Part shown: positions 52,501-64,000 of the stretch, piece after piece
How positions within the stretch are numbered: position 1 is the first letter of the stretch
Layout: each line of letters begins with the position of its first letter
Source: Callorhinchus milii
Lineage: Eukaryota
DNA length: 64,000 nucleotides
NCBI RefSeq assembly: GCF_018977255.1
Contig: NW_024704751.1
Coordinates: 9,114,001 to 9,178,000, forward strand
Direction: 5' to 3'
Notes under the pieces: generated by a model
Database searches by the model: none
Seen by the model: only the letters and a program-made list of their open reading frames with translations
What the model was told of the DNA's origin: nothing
Translations under genes and position numbers: made by a program

Positions 52501-55500
52501 CACGGGCTCCGACATGTCCCACACTTGCCCCAACAAGCTCTGACACACCCCGACATGCTGAGACACGCTCTAACACACCCCACACACACTCCCTACTCAC
52601 TCCAACACGCCCCAACATGCTCCGAGACGCCGTCTTTCTCTGAACTCACCCTTTTTCTGCAGTTTCTCGATGGCCTCTCTCCACTCACATCGTTCGTAAT
52701 CAGAGGACAACAGGAACTGGTAACCCTGTGTGCGAGAGAGAGAGAGCGAGAGAGAATGTTACCATCACCTCACTCCCCAACACCTGAACCTCACTAAAAT
52801 ATGGGACAAATGTGCTGCCTTGTGCTTTTGTCCTGGGGCAGAGTGCAGTGCCAGGCTGGTGCCCGGGGCTGGCAGGCAGGGCAGGGTGGAGTGCCAGGTG
52901 CGGGCGGGACGCTCTCACCTTGCCGTTCTTGTTGTGGATGCGGAAGGGGATTGTGGGCGAGTGCAGCAGGAGCCAGGACTCGTTCTCGTACATCTTCTTC
53001 TTTAATCGCTCCATCGCCCGGCTCTGGCCCTTTGACGATTTCTGGGAGGAATCAGAGAGCAGATCAGCGCGGCCCAACAACAACAACAACAGCAACTTGC
53101 AGCTACATAATAGTAATATTCCTGGCATTTGATATAACGTGTTATCACGTCGTTGAGATGTCTCAAAGCGCTTCACAGAATATATTGTAAAATGGAGTGA
53201 CTATGTATTTTGTGGGTGAAACGCAGCAGCCAATTGCTCACAGCAGCGTCCCCACAAACCGTTGTGGATTGAGTGACCAATTTTTTCCAAATTATTATTA
53301 GGATTATTACCCGTGGAAAAGCGATCCACCAATCGACTAACAACCGGGTTTCCTACTTACCGCTCGGTAAACAGAGGCGTGTGGTGTGGAGTAAGTAAAC
53401 TTGCCTAAGGTTTGGCCCTGCCTGGGAATCGAACCCAAGTCCGTTGGCTTGCAAGCGCTCTAACCACTGAGCTACAGGGCTCCAGGGAAGTTGTAGCATG
53501 GGGTTTGAATCCACGACCTTGTGAGTGAGAGCAGGAGTGACTGGGCCAGGCTGGGAGTGTAGAATTGGAGACACCTCCACCCCCTCACTCTCTCCCTCTC
53601 TCACACTCTCTCTTGCTGACGACGGCAGACAGTACCTTCTCTCTCTGCATCTCGTTTTTGATGTGCGAGATCTTCATCTTGACCTCCTCCAGCTCGTGGT
53701 CGGGGAAGGTGTGTACCTGGGGGCTGTGCTCTGACTCCTCGGCTGACAGGATGACCAGGTCTGACAGGGGGATGTACCACTTACAGTCATACTGCTGCTG
53801 GTGCTTCCTGACGGGAGAACACAGGGTCAGGGTTAGTGTCAGCATCACCCCACCCCCATTACCAGCTGCCCAACCCACCCCCACCCACCAGCTGCACACC
53901 CCACCCCCACCCACCCCACCCACCAGCTGCCCAACCCACCCCCACCCACCAGCTGCACACCCCACCCACCAGCTGTCCAACCCACCCCCACCCACCTCAC
54001 CCACCAGCTGCCCACTCCACCCACCAGCTGCCAAACCCACCCCCAACACCAGCTGCACAACCCACCCCCATTACCAGCTGCCCACCCCCAACACCAGCTG
54101 CCCACCCCCAACACCAGCTGCCCACCCCACCCCACCCCCACTCACCAGCTGCCCACCCCACCCCCATTACCAGCTGCCCACCCCACCCCCAACACCAGCT
54201 GCCCACCTCACCCCCACTTACCAGCTGCCCACCCTACCCACCAGCTGCCCACCCCACCCCCAACACCAGCTGCCCACCTCACCCCCACTTACCAGCTGCC
54301 CACCCCACCCACCAGCTGCCCAAACCACCCCCAACACCAGCAGCCCACCCCACCCACCAGCTGCCCAACCCACCCCCAACACCAGCAGCCCACCCCACCC
54401 ACCAGCTGCCCACCCCACCCCCAACACCAGCTGCCCACCCCACCAGCTGCCCACCCTACCCACCAGCTGCCCAACCCACCCCACCCACCAGCTGCCCAAG
54501 CCCCCGCCAACACCAGCTGCCCACCCCACCCACCGGCTGCCCAACCCATCCCCAACACCAGCTGCCCACCCCACCCTAATCAGCCCCACACCAGGGGGAG
54601 CCAGAGAGAGACCTCCCCCCCCACCCCACTCCGGCCAACACCTACCCCACAGCTTGTTTTTTCAGTTTGGCGCACAGCAGGAGGTCAGTGAACAGGAAGA
54701 CATGTCGCAACTTCCTGGTTCCCTCAGAGATTTCAACCAGAAACCCATCCTTCAGCAGCTGCCGGTTCTGAAAGTTTAAACATCCCAAACATGTCCGAGT
54801 CACACAGCGGGAGAGTCAGTGATATCAAGGGCAAGCTACGTGGGTTTAGCTGACTCCAGCAGTTATCCCCAACGCACTCTCTGGGATCCCCCACCCCAAG
54901 CCTTGGCTCTTGCCAACCTGCGCCTAATACTTTCCGGAATTAGGTAAGCAGGGGCCGTCCCTCCAGGGAGAGAGAGAGAGAGAGACAGTGCGAGTTCTAT
55001 CCCAACAATCTATCTCTGGGATTTCCATGTGTAGGTGGGATGGATGCATGGAATTCTCAGCTTAGTTTGGAGACTCTTAAGCAACGGTGATGGGTTCTCG
55101 CCTGTGTCAGACACCCGGGGGGAAAAAAAAAGCCCCCCCTCCCCCAAATTCTCAGCTGGGTTTGGAGACTCTTAAGCAACGGTGATAGGTTCTCGCCTGT
55201 GTCAGACACCCGGGGGGAAAAAAAAAGCCCCCCCTCCCCCAAATTCTCTCTCCCCTCATAGCTCCTCTCTTTCTCTCTTCCCTCGCAACGTGTCTCTCTC
55301 TCTCCGCTCATAGCTTCTCTCTCTCTCTCCACCCGCACAGCGTCACTCTCATTCCCACAGCGTCACTCTCTCTCTCTCCCCCACTCAGAAGCTGACCTCT
55401 CCCTTTGCCAGAGTGACGGGAGTCCTCCTGCTAGAGATTTCCTCATTGATGCTGGAGAGGAAGTTCTGGGAGATACGCAGAGCGTCCTGGAGCAGAGGGT

Positions 55501-57244
55501 AGTCCGGGTGGTCTGTGGGCGTGTGTTTGAGCAGGTCCTGAGGAGACAAAATGTTCAGTTATTACCTCGGCCACATCAGTGTGTAAATACCGTGCTCGCA
55601 CAGACCAGGAGGGAGCCTGGCCCACACACTGACACTGAGGAGCGAAGTCATTAGTACTTACATGTAGCACTAGAGTGCTCCGTGTGACTCGATCAATGGG
55701 CTTGTAGAGGAGCGCTGTAAAACAAAGAGAGGATCACAGCAGGTCAGTCACACCACACAGCACCTCGTCCCGTTCCGCCACACACACAAAACCTACCGCA
55801 CACACACACACAACCAGCTCCACACACACAAACATGAAACCAGCCACACACGCACACACAACCAGCTCCACACACACACACAACCAGCCCCACACACACA
55901 AACATGAAACCAGCCACACACGCACACACAACCAGCTACACACACACACACAACCAGCCCCACACACACAAACATGAAACCAGCCACACACGCACACACA
56001 ACCAGCTCCACACACACAAACATGAAACCAGCCACACACACACACACACAACCAGCTACACACACACGCACAACCAGCCCCCTCCACACACAGAACCAGC
56101 CACACATACAACCAGCCACACACACACACAACGAGCTGCGCCCCCACCAGCCCACACACACACACACACCCCACCACCACCACAATAATAATAAAAAACC
56201 TTGCATTTGATAAAGGAGGGATATTTAATAGGATATGTAGGTGCGAAGCAAGGCTGGGGGGAACGGTGAGAGGGAATGTGGTTGGGGGGGGAAGGGGAAC
56301 AGAGGGATGGTCTGTACGGGGGGAGGGGGGAGAGAAATGTTGTTTCAAGATTCCTGAGATGTCCTCTCCGTGTGTATGATTTGCCCCCGTCTACCAGCTT
56401 CTTTTGTTGTTAAAATAAACCCGGGGCCTTTAGCAAGTTCTCAGGTTTTGCTTGGGGCAAGGTGAGGCACGGAGTCGGGGGAGGGGTGGGGGTGACAAAG
56501 AACAGAACGTGACACAGCTCTCACAAAAGGAAAGGAAATGGCCAGAATTATTGCCGTTAAAGCTCGGGGCGTGCCGAGCTGAGCCGAACGACGGACTGTG
56601 CCACGAAGCAGCCGAGAGACTGACATAAAGGAGAGTCTGCTATTGTGCTGCCCATCACTGCTGAGAGGCTTCGGGAGCTGAGCGGAGCTTCACGGCGAGG
56701 GACTGAATGAGAATGAGCTTGAGTACACGCAGAATACACACACACACACACGGACACTCATGGACACTCGCGACAAAGAGACAAAGCACACACACACACA
56801 CACAGCGACGAGACTGTTACCGTAACAAGTACAATTGCAGCAGAGTCTGAAGATCAGCAGAATTTCCATCTTATCCCACCCCGCGCTCCCACAGTCATGT
56901 CTCTATTCCTCTGCCTTTATCCCAGTCGGTCGGTCCTGGCTGATATGATCAGAGGCGAGGAGGAGCCCGCTCCACACACACACACACGCGCGCACGCATG
57001 CGCGCTGACAAGACACACTCACACACACACTGACTCCACTGGGGGAGGTGCTTGAGCAGCATGCTATCTATCCACTTGTAAATTAATCCGAGTGTGAGAG
57101 GCTGGAGCTAAACATTTTTGAGGCAGTGAAGGAGAAGCCGGGATGGGAGAGGCTCCAGGAAACCTACCTTCCAGAGTGATGGAGGTGGAACATTCCTTGA
57201 CGTCCTTCGGGCATCTGACTTTCAAATCCTTTGAAGAAATGATG

Positions 57245-57278
<34 letters not shown>

Positions 57279-58481
57279 TCAGTCAGAAAACACAGTGAAC
57301 ACAGAGAAAGAATGGTGTTAGTGCTAATGCTTCACACTTCTGAGAACTGGAGGAGAGAGAAGAAAGAGGAGAGGGGTAGATTTAGATTTAAATTTAAAGA
57401 AAGCACCTTTCATGTCAGTGTCAAAGCGTTCAACCAGAGAGCTTCACACCTCCCAACCCGCGCTCTCGTTCAGCAATCACCCCCCCCCACCGCCCCCAAT
57501 AACTGCCGCCCATTTCCGCTCACCTCCGAGATTTTCTTGAAGTTGATGTTCACCTGACTGCACTTCTCCGCCATCTCCATGGCCATTTTGTAGTTGTCTA
57601 CAAATGCTTTGTATACACCAAGCTCCCCAGCCTGAGGGAACAATCACAAAGGTCTGAGCATCAGAGAGAGAGCAAGAGAGAGAACAAGAGAAAGGAGAGA
57701 GAGAGAGAGGGAGAGGGAGAGAGGAAAGAAGAGAGATGAACGAGAGACAATGAGAGAGAGGAGAGAGAAAGATGATTGAGAATTGGAGAAAGAAGAACGA
57801 GGGGAGGGATAGATTGAAATCCGCACCGCGCCTTTCACGTCAGGAGAACGTCTCAACGCTTCCAACATTGGGAGTTGGGGAGGGTGGGGGGTCGAGGGAT
57901 GACCGAAAGCGCTGTCAAAGAGGTCCGTTTTGGGACGGACCTTGAACGAACGGAGGGAAGGAGACTCCAGGATGGAGACTGTGGGATGGCGTTCCAAAGG
58001 GTGGGGGCAGAGAGGCTGAGGACGCCAGTGGTCCCGGAGTTGAGTTGAGAGGCACGGAGAGTTGGAGAAATTGAGAGAGATTTGAAAACCCAAACAAGAA
58101 TCTTCAAATTGATCCTCTGAGATACTGGGAGCTTGCCAAGGAAAAATAATTACAATCCTCACATTTTAATATACATAGCGCCTCATTATATTGTCAAAAC
58201 ATCTCAAGGGGTGGGGGGGAGTGGGGAGAGAGCGAGTGAGGACCAGAGCACAAGCTAATGCGTGTGAAATTGAGTGAGCGTGAGAAAGGAGAGAAAACAC
58301 ACCACCCACCCAAGACAGGGAGGAACAAAGAGAACGTGAGAGAGAGAGAGACAGACACACACGCAGACATGCACACAGGCTGGTTAAGATAGGGGAGCAG
58401 AAAGACAGGAAGTGCAAAAGGCAGAGCTTTAGAGAGAGAGAGACGGGAAGACAAGAAAGAGACAGACAATCAGAGAGCGAG

Positions 58482-58517
<36 letters not shown>

Positions 58518-61500
58518 AGAGACAGGAACAAAGAGTTAGAAACATTCATTCTTTGCTCTGCTCTGCCCTGATCCACCGCGTTTGTATTAACAGTCTGAAG
58601 CCAGCGGGCCTCAGCGCCTATCTTTATTAAAGAGTCACGTGAAGCGTTGCGGAAAGTGATGGAGAATATGATTAGTGATGTATCTGTGACCTCTGCAGAG
58701 AGAGAGAGAGCGAGCGCCATTCCTGCTGCAGTAACAGGAACAGGTACTGTGGGGCGTGCGAGAGGAATACTGATGGTCTCAGAGCTGATGGTAACGAGAG
58801 AGAGAGACACTGGGTAAAAGGCTCCCAAATAGAGGGGCTCTAGTGAGCTTGTGAGCAGACAAGCATCTCCTTCACTTTCCAGACTGACACAGTGCTGCAT
58901 GCATTCATCAGCCCCTCCCCTCCCCTCGGAATCAGCCCAGTCACCAAGGGGTTAATAATCGCACAGATCAAGCAGCTGTCTGCTCTATCCTGGGTGGGGG
59001 GGGGGGGGGAGATAATGGGAGGTGGGGTGGGGGGGAGAGAAGGGGAGAGAATAGATAAATGTAACTGTGTGGTGCTGTTTCCTGATATGGGCGAGCGAGT
59101 GTGAAATCAGACAAGCAGGAGATCTCTGTAACAGAGGCTTGGGGGGCGGGGGGGGCGGGCGGGCGGGGGGGGGTCTCTGTATTGTCACTGTGCTCAGGTC
59201 TGTGTTATCAGCACAGTCCAGCTCTGCCTCCACAGCCTTGTAGCCAGATTCTGATTAGAAAACAAATCTTTCCCCAGGGCACAAATTCAATCTGATTGTG
59301 TGGGTTGCATATCACTCACACTGCTGTCCTCTGCTCTGCCAATCTCCCCACCTCCTCCCCCCACTCTCAGCGACCACCAGCTCAGTCCTTCAGAGAATAA
59401 CACCGAGTGATCACACAGTGAAGAGAGAGCGAGAGAGAAAGAAACGAGACAAAGAAAGAGACCAGAGAGAGAGCGAGGGAGGTGGGGGGTGTGGGGGGCA
59501 TAGAGACAGGGAGAGAAACAGAGAGATACAGAAAGAGACAAAGAAAGACGAGAGAGAGAGAGGAGATGGGCTGATTGGTTCTAAGAGCGTCAAGACATAC
59601 AAAACTTAGTGTACAGGGTGTTCACAAAGTCCTGTCGCAGCATGTTTTTTTGCTTTACAGTTCACTGCCAACTGAAACAGCACAAGCGTGTGTTTGTGTG
59701 TGTGTGAGCGCTATCATCTTCATGGCAGATAATGATCCATGTTCAGTGCCACATTATCCATAACATGGATGGAGCGAGGAGGGGAAATGCATCTCTGACA
59801 ACTAGTATCCGCTCCTCTGTAATCTCATGTCGCAGTTTGGTAGCCGGTGGTGATGGGGGGGGGGGGGGGTGGGAGGGGAGTAACAGGACTTTGTGGACCC
59901 CCTGTAGGTAAGAGTGCTAACAGCCACGTAATGAAGAACGCTAAATCCAGCAAACAATTATTTTTAACACTGAACTGTTCTAACTTTCATCAGGTAATAA
60001 TATACTAATAATAATACAATCATCCTTAAACACACAGCTATCCTGTGAGCGAGGTTAGGTGATGTCCTCGCAAAGTCACATCCGGCTCCTGTCGATGTGG
60101 AAATACTTTGTGATGAGCTGTGCTTGTGGGTCAGTGTTAAACAGAACCTGTGGTCAGCCCAGAGGCTGCACATCCTGTGCTTTCACACCTCAACATGGCT
60201 TTCCTCTCCGCCCTCCCCCCACCCCGTCGCCACAAAGGGCTTCCTTTGTGGCTCTCTCCCCTCCCCCACGTCGCTCACACTCAGCTCCTCACCCAACAAC
60301 CCCAGACAACCCACACGTGTGACATGAGGGACGATGGCTACCACTTGCCCCTTTCAGGGTTTTACTTCAGCTCCTCACCTCAATTACGCCTCCTGCTGGT
60401 AACTCAGAGCAGGGCAGGAGCAAGAGTGGACCAACTGTGGGTCAAGCCAGACCCTATCTCAGCCCCAGCCAAGCCCCATCCCCAGGCTCCAACCCAGCCA
60501 CAACCCCCCAGCTCCCAGCCTCCAGGTCCAAGCCCCCGGCCCAACCCGGCCCCCGGCTCCAGCCTTGTGGCAATGAGGTGCTGAGGTATGTACAGGGCGA
60601 CCTTTTTTGGAGATAATAGGGTAGATACCCCCCTGGAGACGTGAGACCCGCTGTCTCTCGTGGCAGAGCTCTGTGTGTGTGTGTGCGTGTGTGTGTGTGT
60701 GTGAGTGTGTGTGTGTGTGCGTGTGTAACAGGAGCCTGAACTGGCTGCCCAGCGAGGATCTTACCAGCTTCTGGAAGAGTTGTCCCACCGAGTCTCTGTG
60801 GTCCCAGTGCTGAACTTTGGGACTGAGGCAGTCGTAGAATTGTTTGTGGACGTCGTGAATCTCCTGCACTTTGTAGAAGATGGTCTCGATCTGCTGGTTG
60901 GTCAGGACGGGCTGAGAGGTGGTGGCAGCCGCCTTGAGAGGCTTCAGGGGCTGGAAGAGAAGGTTCCGTAAACGTTTGGTTACAAATCATATCAACCCTT
61001 TCTTTTTACACACACTACACACACAGTCATACACACACACACTACACACACACACCACACACACAGTTATACACACCCACTTATAAACACACTACACAGT
61101 TATATACACATTACACAAAGTTATATACACACTACACACATAGTTATATGCACACATGGTTTTATACACACACTACACACACAGTTATACACACAGTACA
61201 CACACAGTTATACACACACTACACACACAGTTATACACACACTACACACACAGTTATACACACACTACACACACAGTTATACACACACTACACACACAGT
61301 TATAGAACAACAATATTACATTTGTATAGCGCCTTTCACGTCAGGAGGTCGTCCCAAGGCGCTGGATAGTATACAGCATTTCATATGCCCACACACAGTT
61401 ATGTACACACCGCACACACAGTTATATACACACACACATCAGATGAAGAAACACTGTTATAGAGAGACAAACACACAGTTACAACAGTCACAGAGAGGCA

Positions 61501-61751
61501 GATGCCGATCGCACACGGTTAAATAGGTTTTACACAGTAAGAGACACACGCTAAGTTACATTTACACACACATACACACACGCACACAGTTACAGAGACA
61601 CCAACAGTTACACACACAGAGTTACAGGGAGCAGTGACTGACGTACCACCAGTAGGGCCTCCAGTTGGTTGATGTAAATCTCCTCGCTGGCCAGGACTCC
61701 CGACAGCACCAGTTTCCTCATCTCCAGCCCCTTCTCCAGCTCCACATCGCT
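40528..61751 (-). CDS. ABR: Active breakpoint cluster region-related protein (DH-PH-C2-RhoGAP); 21 coding exons in window, N-terminal exons beyond the right edge
   Basis: Exons (-): 61751-61647, 60950-60765, 57631-57524, 57228-57168, 55714-55662, 55537-55397, 54767-54646, 53807-53636, 53041-52919, 52725-52650, 52362-52258, 51727-51653, 50603-50506, 50107-49976, 44290-44231, 43688-43579, 43293-43154, 42756-42622, 42397-42292, 41800-41653, 40617-40528. These give 781 codons plus stop in frame. Motifs [42 protein letters not shown], arginine finger [31 protein letters not shown] and C-terminal PDZ ligand LYFSTDV (ABR rather than BCR STEV). Confidence 0.96.
40690..41000 (+). mobile_element. DeuSINE-like element in ABR last intron
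   Basis: GGATGAGACATTAAAC...CAGGTGGACGTTAAAGATCCC...GTCCTGGCCAAC core joined to the same 3' tail as the tRNA-SINEs. Confidence 0.7.
44780..44880 (-). mobile_element. CR1-type LINE 3' end fragment
   Basis: AGGAGGCCATTCAGCCCCTTGAGCCTGTTCCGCCATTC; complementary copies at about 46845-46970 and 51320-51440. Confidence 0.65.
45458..45616 (-). CDS. ABR: ABR alternative first coding exon (short RhoGAP isoform, about 315 aa)
   Basis: ATG at 45616; [10 protein letters not shown]...[22 protein letters not shown], phase-0 GT donor compatible with exon 44290-44231. Resembles the [19 protein letters not shown]-terminus I recall for the short mammalian ABR isoform. Confidence 0.85.
53105..53482 (-). mobile_element. 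tRNA-derived SINE (long subfamily) in ABR intron
   Basis: Reverse-complement head TAACCACTGAGCTACAGG with the shared body and tail. Confidence 0.85.
53846..54580. repeat. Degenerate C-rich minisatellite (CACCAGCTGCCCACCCC core)
   Basis: Fills most of the ABR intron between 53808 and 54645. Confidence 0.92.
55052..55247. repeat. Tandem duplication of about 95 bp
   Basis: AATTCTCAGCT...TTTGGAGACTCTTAAGCAACGGTGAT...GTCAGACACCCGGGGGG... occurs twice in tandem. Confidence 0.88.
55795..56170. repeat. CA-rich minisatellite (CAACCAGC / AAACATGAAACCAGCC spacers)
   Basis: Visible tandem structure. Confidence 0.9.
56821..56869 (-). CDS. ABR: ABR alternative first coding exon [16 protein letters not shown] (isoform about 644 aa lacking most of the DH domain)
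   Basis: AAGATGG Kozak-like start at 56869, 16 codons + 1 nt, then a GTAACA donor. Phase 1 joins exon 55714-55662 to read ...[19 protein letters not shown]. Confidence 0.85.
61008..61305. repeat. (ACAC/CAGTTAT/CTAC) compound microsatellite
   Basis: Low-complexity tandem array. Confidence 0.9.
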
Positions 61752-63144
61752 CTACACACAGGGGCAGCCAGGTCAGAGCATAGCCTCAACCCAGCCCTCT
61801 CCTCCCCGTGTAACCCAGCGTCCAAATCTCTTCATCCACCCCGAGATTAGACACCCCCATATTCCCATCGCACCAGTGAATGGCTTTCTCCCAGCCCCAG
61901 CCGTCACCCTTCAATGAGTGTCAAAGTATCGCGAAGACATGATAAGGCGCTATATCAAATGCAAGCATTATTATTATTTTTATATTCAGTGTTATTTGCA
62001 GTGTAACATTCAACCTTCGCGTTTAACAGCTCTCCAGATTGCACACAGTTAGATCGGTTTACACAACAACAACAATTTGCATTTAGCAGGTTAGCGTCCC
62101 AGAGCGCTTGACAGGGGCAGAGCACAATGCAGAGCCGGGTGGAGGGAGGGGGTGACCATAGGCACGGTCCAAGGGAAGGTTTTCAGACGCGATCTGAAGA
62201 TTGAGAAGGAATGGGCAAGGCGGAGGCAGGGACAGTGGGATAGATAGTGTTCCAGAGTTACAGGCAGAGGTTATATACACACACTACACACACAGTTATA
62301 TGCATTAGAGAGACACACTAAGTTAGTTCTTACCCGTGATGTTCACGGTGATATCTGAGCGGCTACGTTTGTCTACAGAACAACAATCGCTTTATTTCTG
62401 ATCAATCCCATTCTGTACAGAGATTACAGTCATTGCGTTAAATGAAAGGCACTGGTTACATATCAATTCGTTGGTGCCTGAACCACACAGTTTAGTGCCT
62501 CTTCTGACTGATGCAAAGCACCTCTGACAATGCAGCACTCACTCAATGCTGTGGCAGAGGGTCAGCCTACATGGGGTCCCCAAGACTGACTGCCACCCCC
62601 CCTCCCGCTAGACCCCAATTGGGGCTCTGCAAGTATTGGGGATAGTCACTTTATTGGAGCAGGACTGAACCCACAGTGCAAAACAGAGAGAGAATGATCC
62701 AGGCAAGATTAGAGAGCGAGACACACACAGTCAGGACTCTCTTCATATCCACAATGGCCTCGGGCCCAATTGGTGTGAATATCAAGCTCTTTTTTGTAAG
62801 ACGAGATGCATAGAGCTGTCCAGGGACCTGAGAATATGCTGTATAGCCCAGCACATCCCAGCCCTACACAGCCCAGCGAGCACACAATCCAATAGGTGGC
62901 AGTGCTGGGTTTGGCCCAGTGCCCTCTGTACCACTGCCTTCCTCAGGAGTGAGTTCCTGTTGAGCTCACCAGCTAAACACACAACATGACTCAAATGTGT
63001 CTCGATACAGGAGCTGCAATCAATGACATCAGCTTCTTCCAACCTCAACAGCAAGTCCCCACACCTACGCCCACCCACGGAACACACTGCAACACCCAGC
63101 AGCAGGTCACAGAGGTAGGGAGCTGGTCCGATTGAGCAGGTACG

Positions 63145-63620
63145 ACGACAACAATTTGTATCTATGTAGCATCTTTCACGTCGGAGGAACATCCCAAGGC
63201 GCTGGATAGTTGAGGGCTTGCACCCGAGATGGGGATTGGATTCAGGAAGGGAGGGGGCCAAGGGGGTGGGGTTGGGAAAATGACCAAAGCTACTGTCAAA
63301 GAGAAAAGTCTGGAGGTGGGCCTTGAGGGAGCAAGGGAAGGGGTGAGGTGAAGTGACTTCGGGATGGAGCTCCAGAAGGCGGTGGCAGAAAAGCTGAAGG
63401 CCTGACCACTGATGGAGGAGAGGGCAGGGCAGGGGACATGGAGCAGGCAGTGCTGCTGGGCAGAGGGAGAGGGCAGGTTGCTAGGGTTTAAGAAGTTTGC
63501 ATAAGTAAGGTGGGGCAAGACCACCAAAAGCGAGGACGAGGATCTTAAACTTAATCCTCTGGGGGATATGGAGCCAGGTGAGGATGAGGGTTGCAGGGAG
63601 CTGTGATGGTGAGCTGAGAG
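63145..63620 (-). mobile_element. L2-type LINE 3' fragment
   Basis: Tail homologous to 34260-34310; degenerate ORF2-like text (LTWLHIPQRIKFKILVL; GQAFSFSATAFWSSIP). Confidence 0.75.
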
Positions 63621-63639
63621 CTGGGATTTCTGTACAGGT

Positions 63640-63966
63640 TAGAGTGGTTAGAGCACTCGCCTCGCAAGTGAGAGGACCTAGGTTCGATTCTCGGGCAGGG
63701 CGAAAGGTTAGGTAAGTTTCCTTACTCCACACGCCTCTGTTTACCCAGCAGTAAGTAGGAACACGCCTGTTAGTTGATTGATGGATCGCTTTTCCAGGGG
63801 TAATAACCCCTTCAAAAAGGAAAAAATAATTTGGTCACTCAATCCACGACTGTGTGTGGGTCATTACGGTGAGCATTTGGCTGACGCTCTTCACCCACAA
63901 AACATACAGTAAATTCACTTCACAGTATATTCTGTGAAGCGCTTTGAGACGTCTCGAAGGCGTGAT
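63640..63966 (+). mobile_element. tRNA-derived SINE (long subfamily)
   Basis: GTGGTTAGAGCACTCGCCTCGCAAG...GGTTCGATTC head with shared body and tail. Confidence 0.87.
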
Positions 63967-64000
63967 GCTTGCCCAACATTTCGTCCTGCCCGGGAATCGA

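Noticed and set aside
53565-54779. 404-aa proline-rich ORF
   Set aside because: C-rich minisatellite, antisense to ABR exons.
58166-58900. 244-aa intronic ORF
   Set aside because: Runs through (CT)n microsatellites, with no recognisable domain or splice support.
40528-61751. BCR as the identity of the DH-PH-C2-GAP gene
   Set aside because: C-terminal [12 protein letters not shown] and the two alternative first exons fit ABR.

Overview
Vertebrate nuclear DNA, most likely a cartilaginous fish (inferred from DeuSINE-like, tRNA-SINE, L2 and CR1 repeats). I traced six spliced protein-coding genes exon by exon through splice sites and reading phase: POLDIP2 (-, last exon not found, probably left of the window), TMEM199 (+, head-to-head with POLDIP2), SEBOX (-), a KIF12-type kinesin (+), SMYD4 (-) and ABR (-, first exons beyond the right edge). 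ABR also has two internal alternative first coding exons. Introns and spacers carry many SINE/LINE fragments and large minisatellites, and there is a 175-nt assembly gap. Most long ORFs in the supplied track are repeat artefacts. I found no convincing new biological system. The best leads are the ABR isoform architecture, a stop-free in-frame GC-AG intron in SMYD4, the gene order (KIF12 beside SEBOX, no VTN) and a SINE/L2 shared 3' stem-loop. Comparisons with human proteins are from memory, not from a database search.
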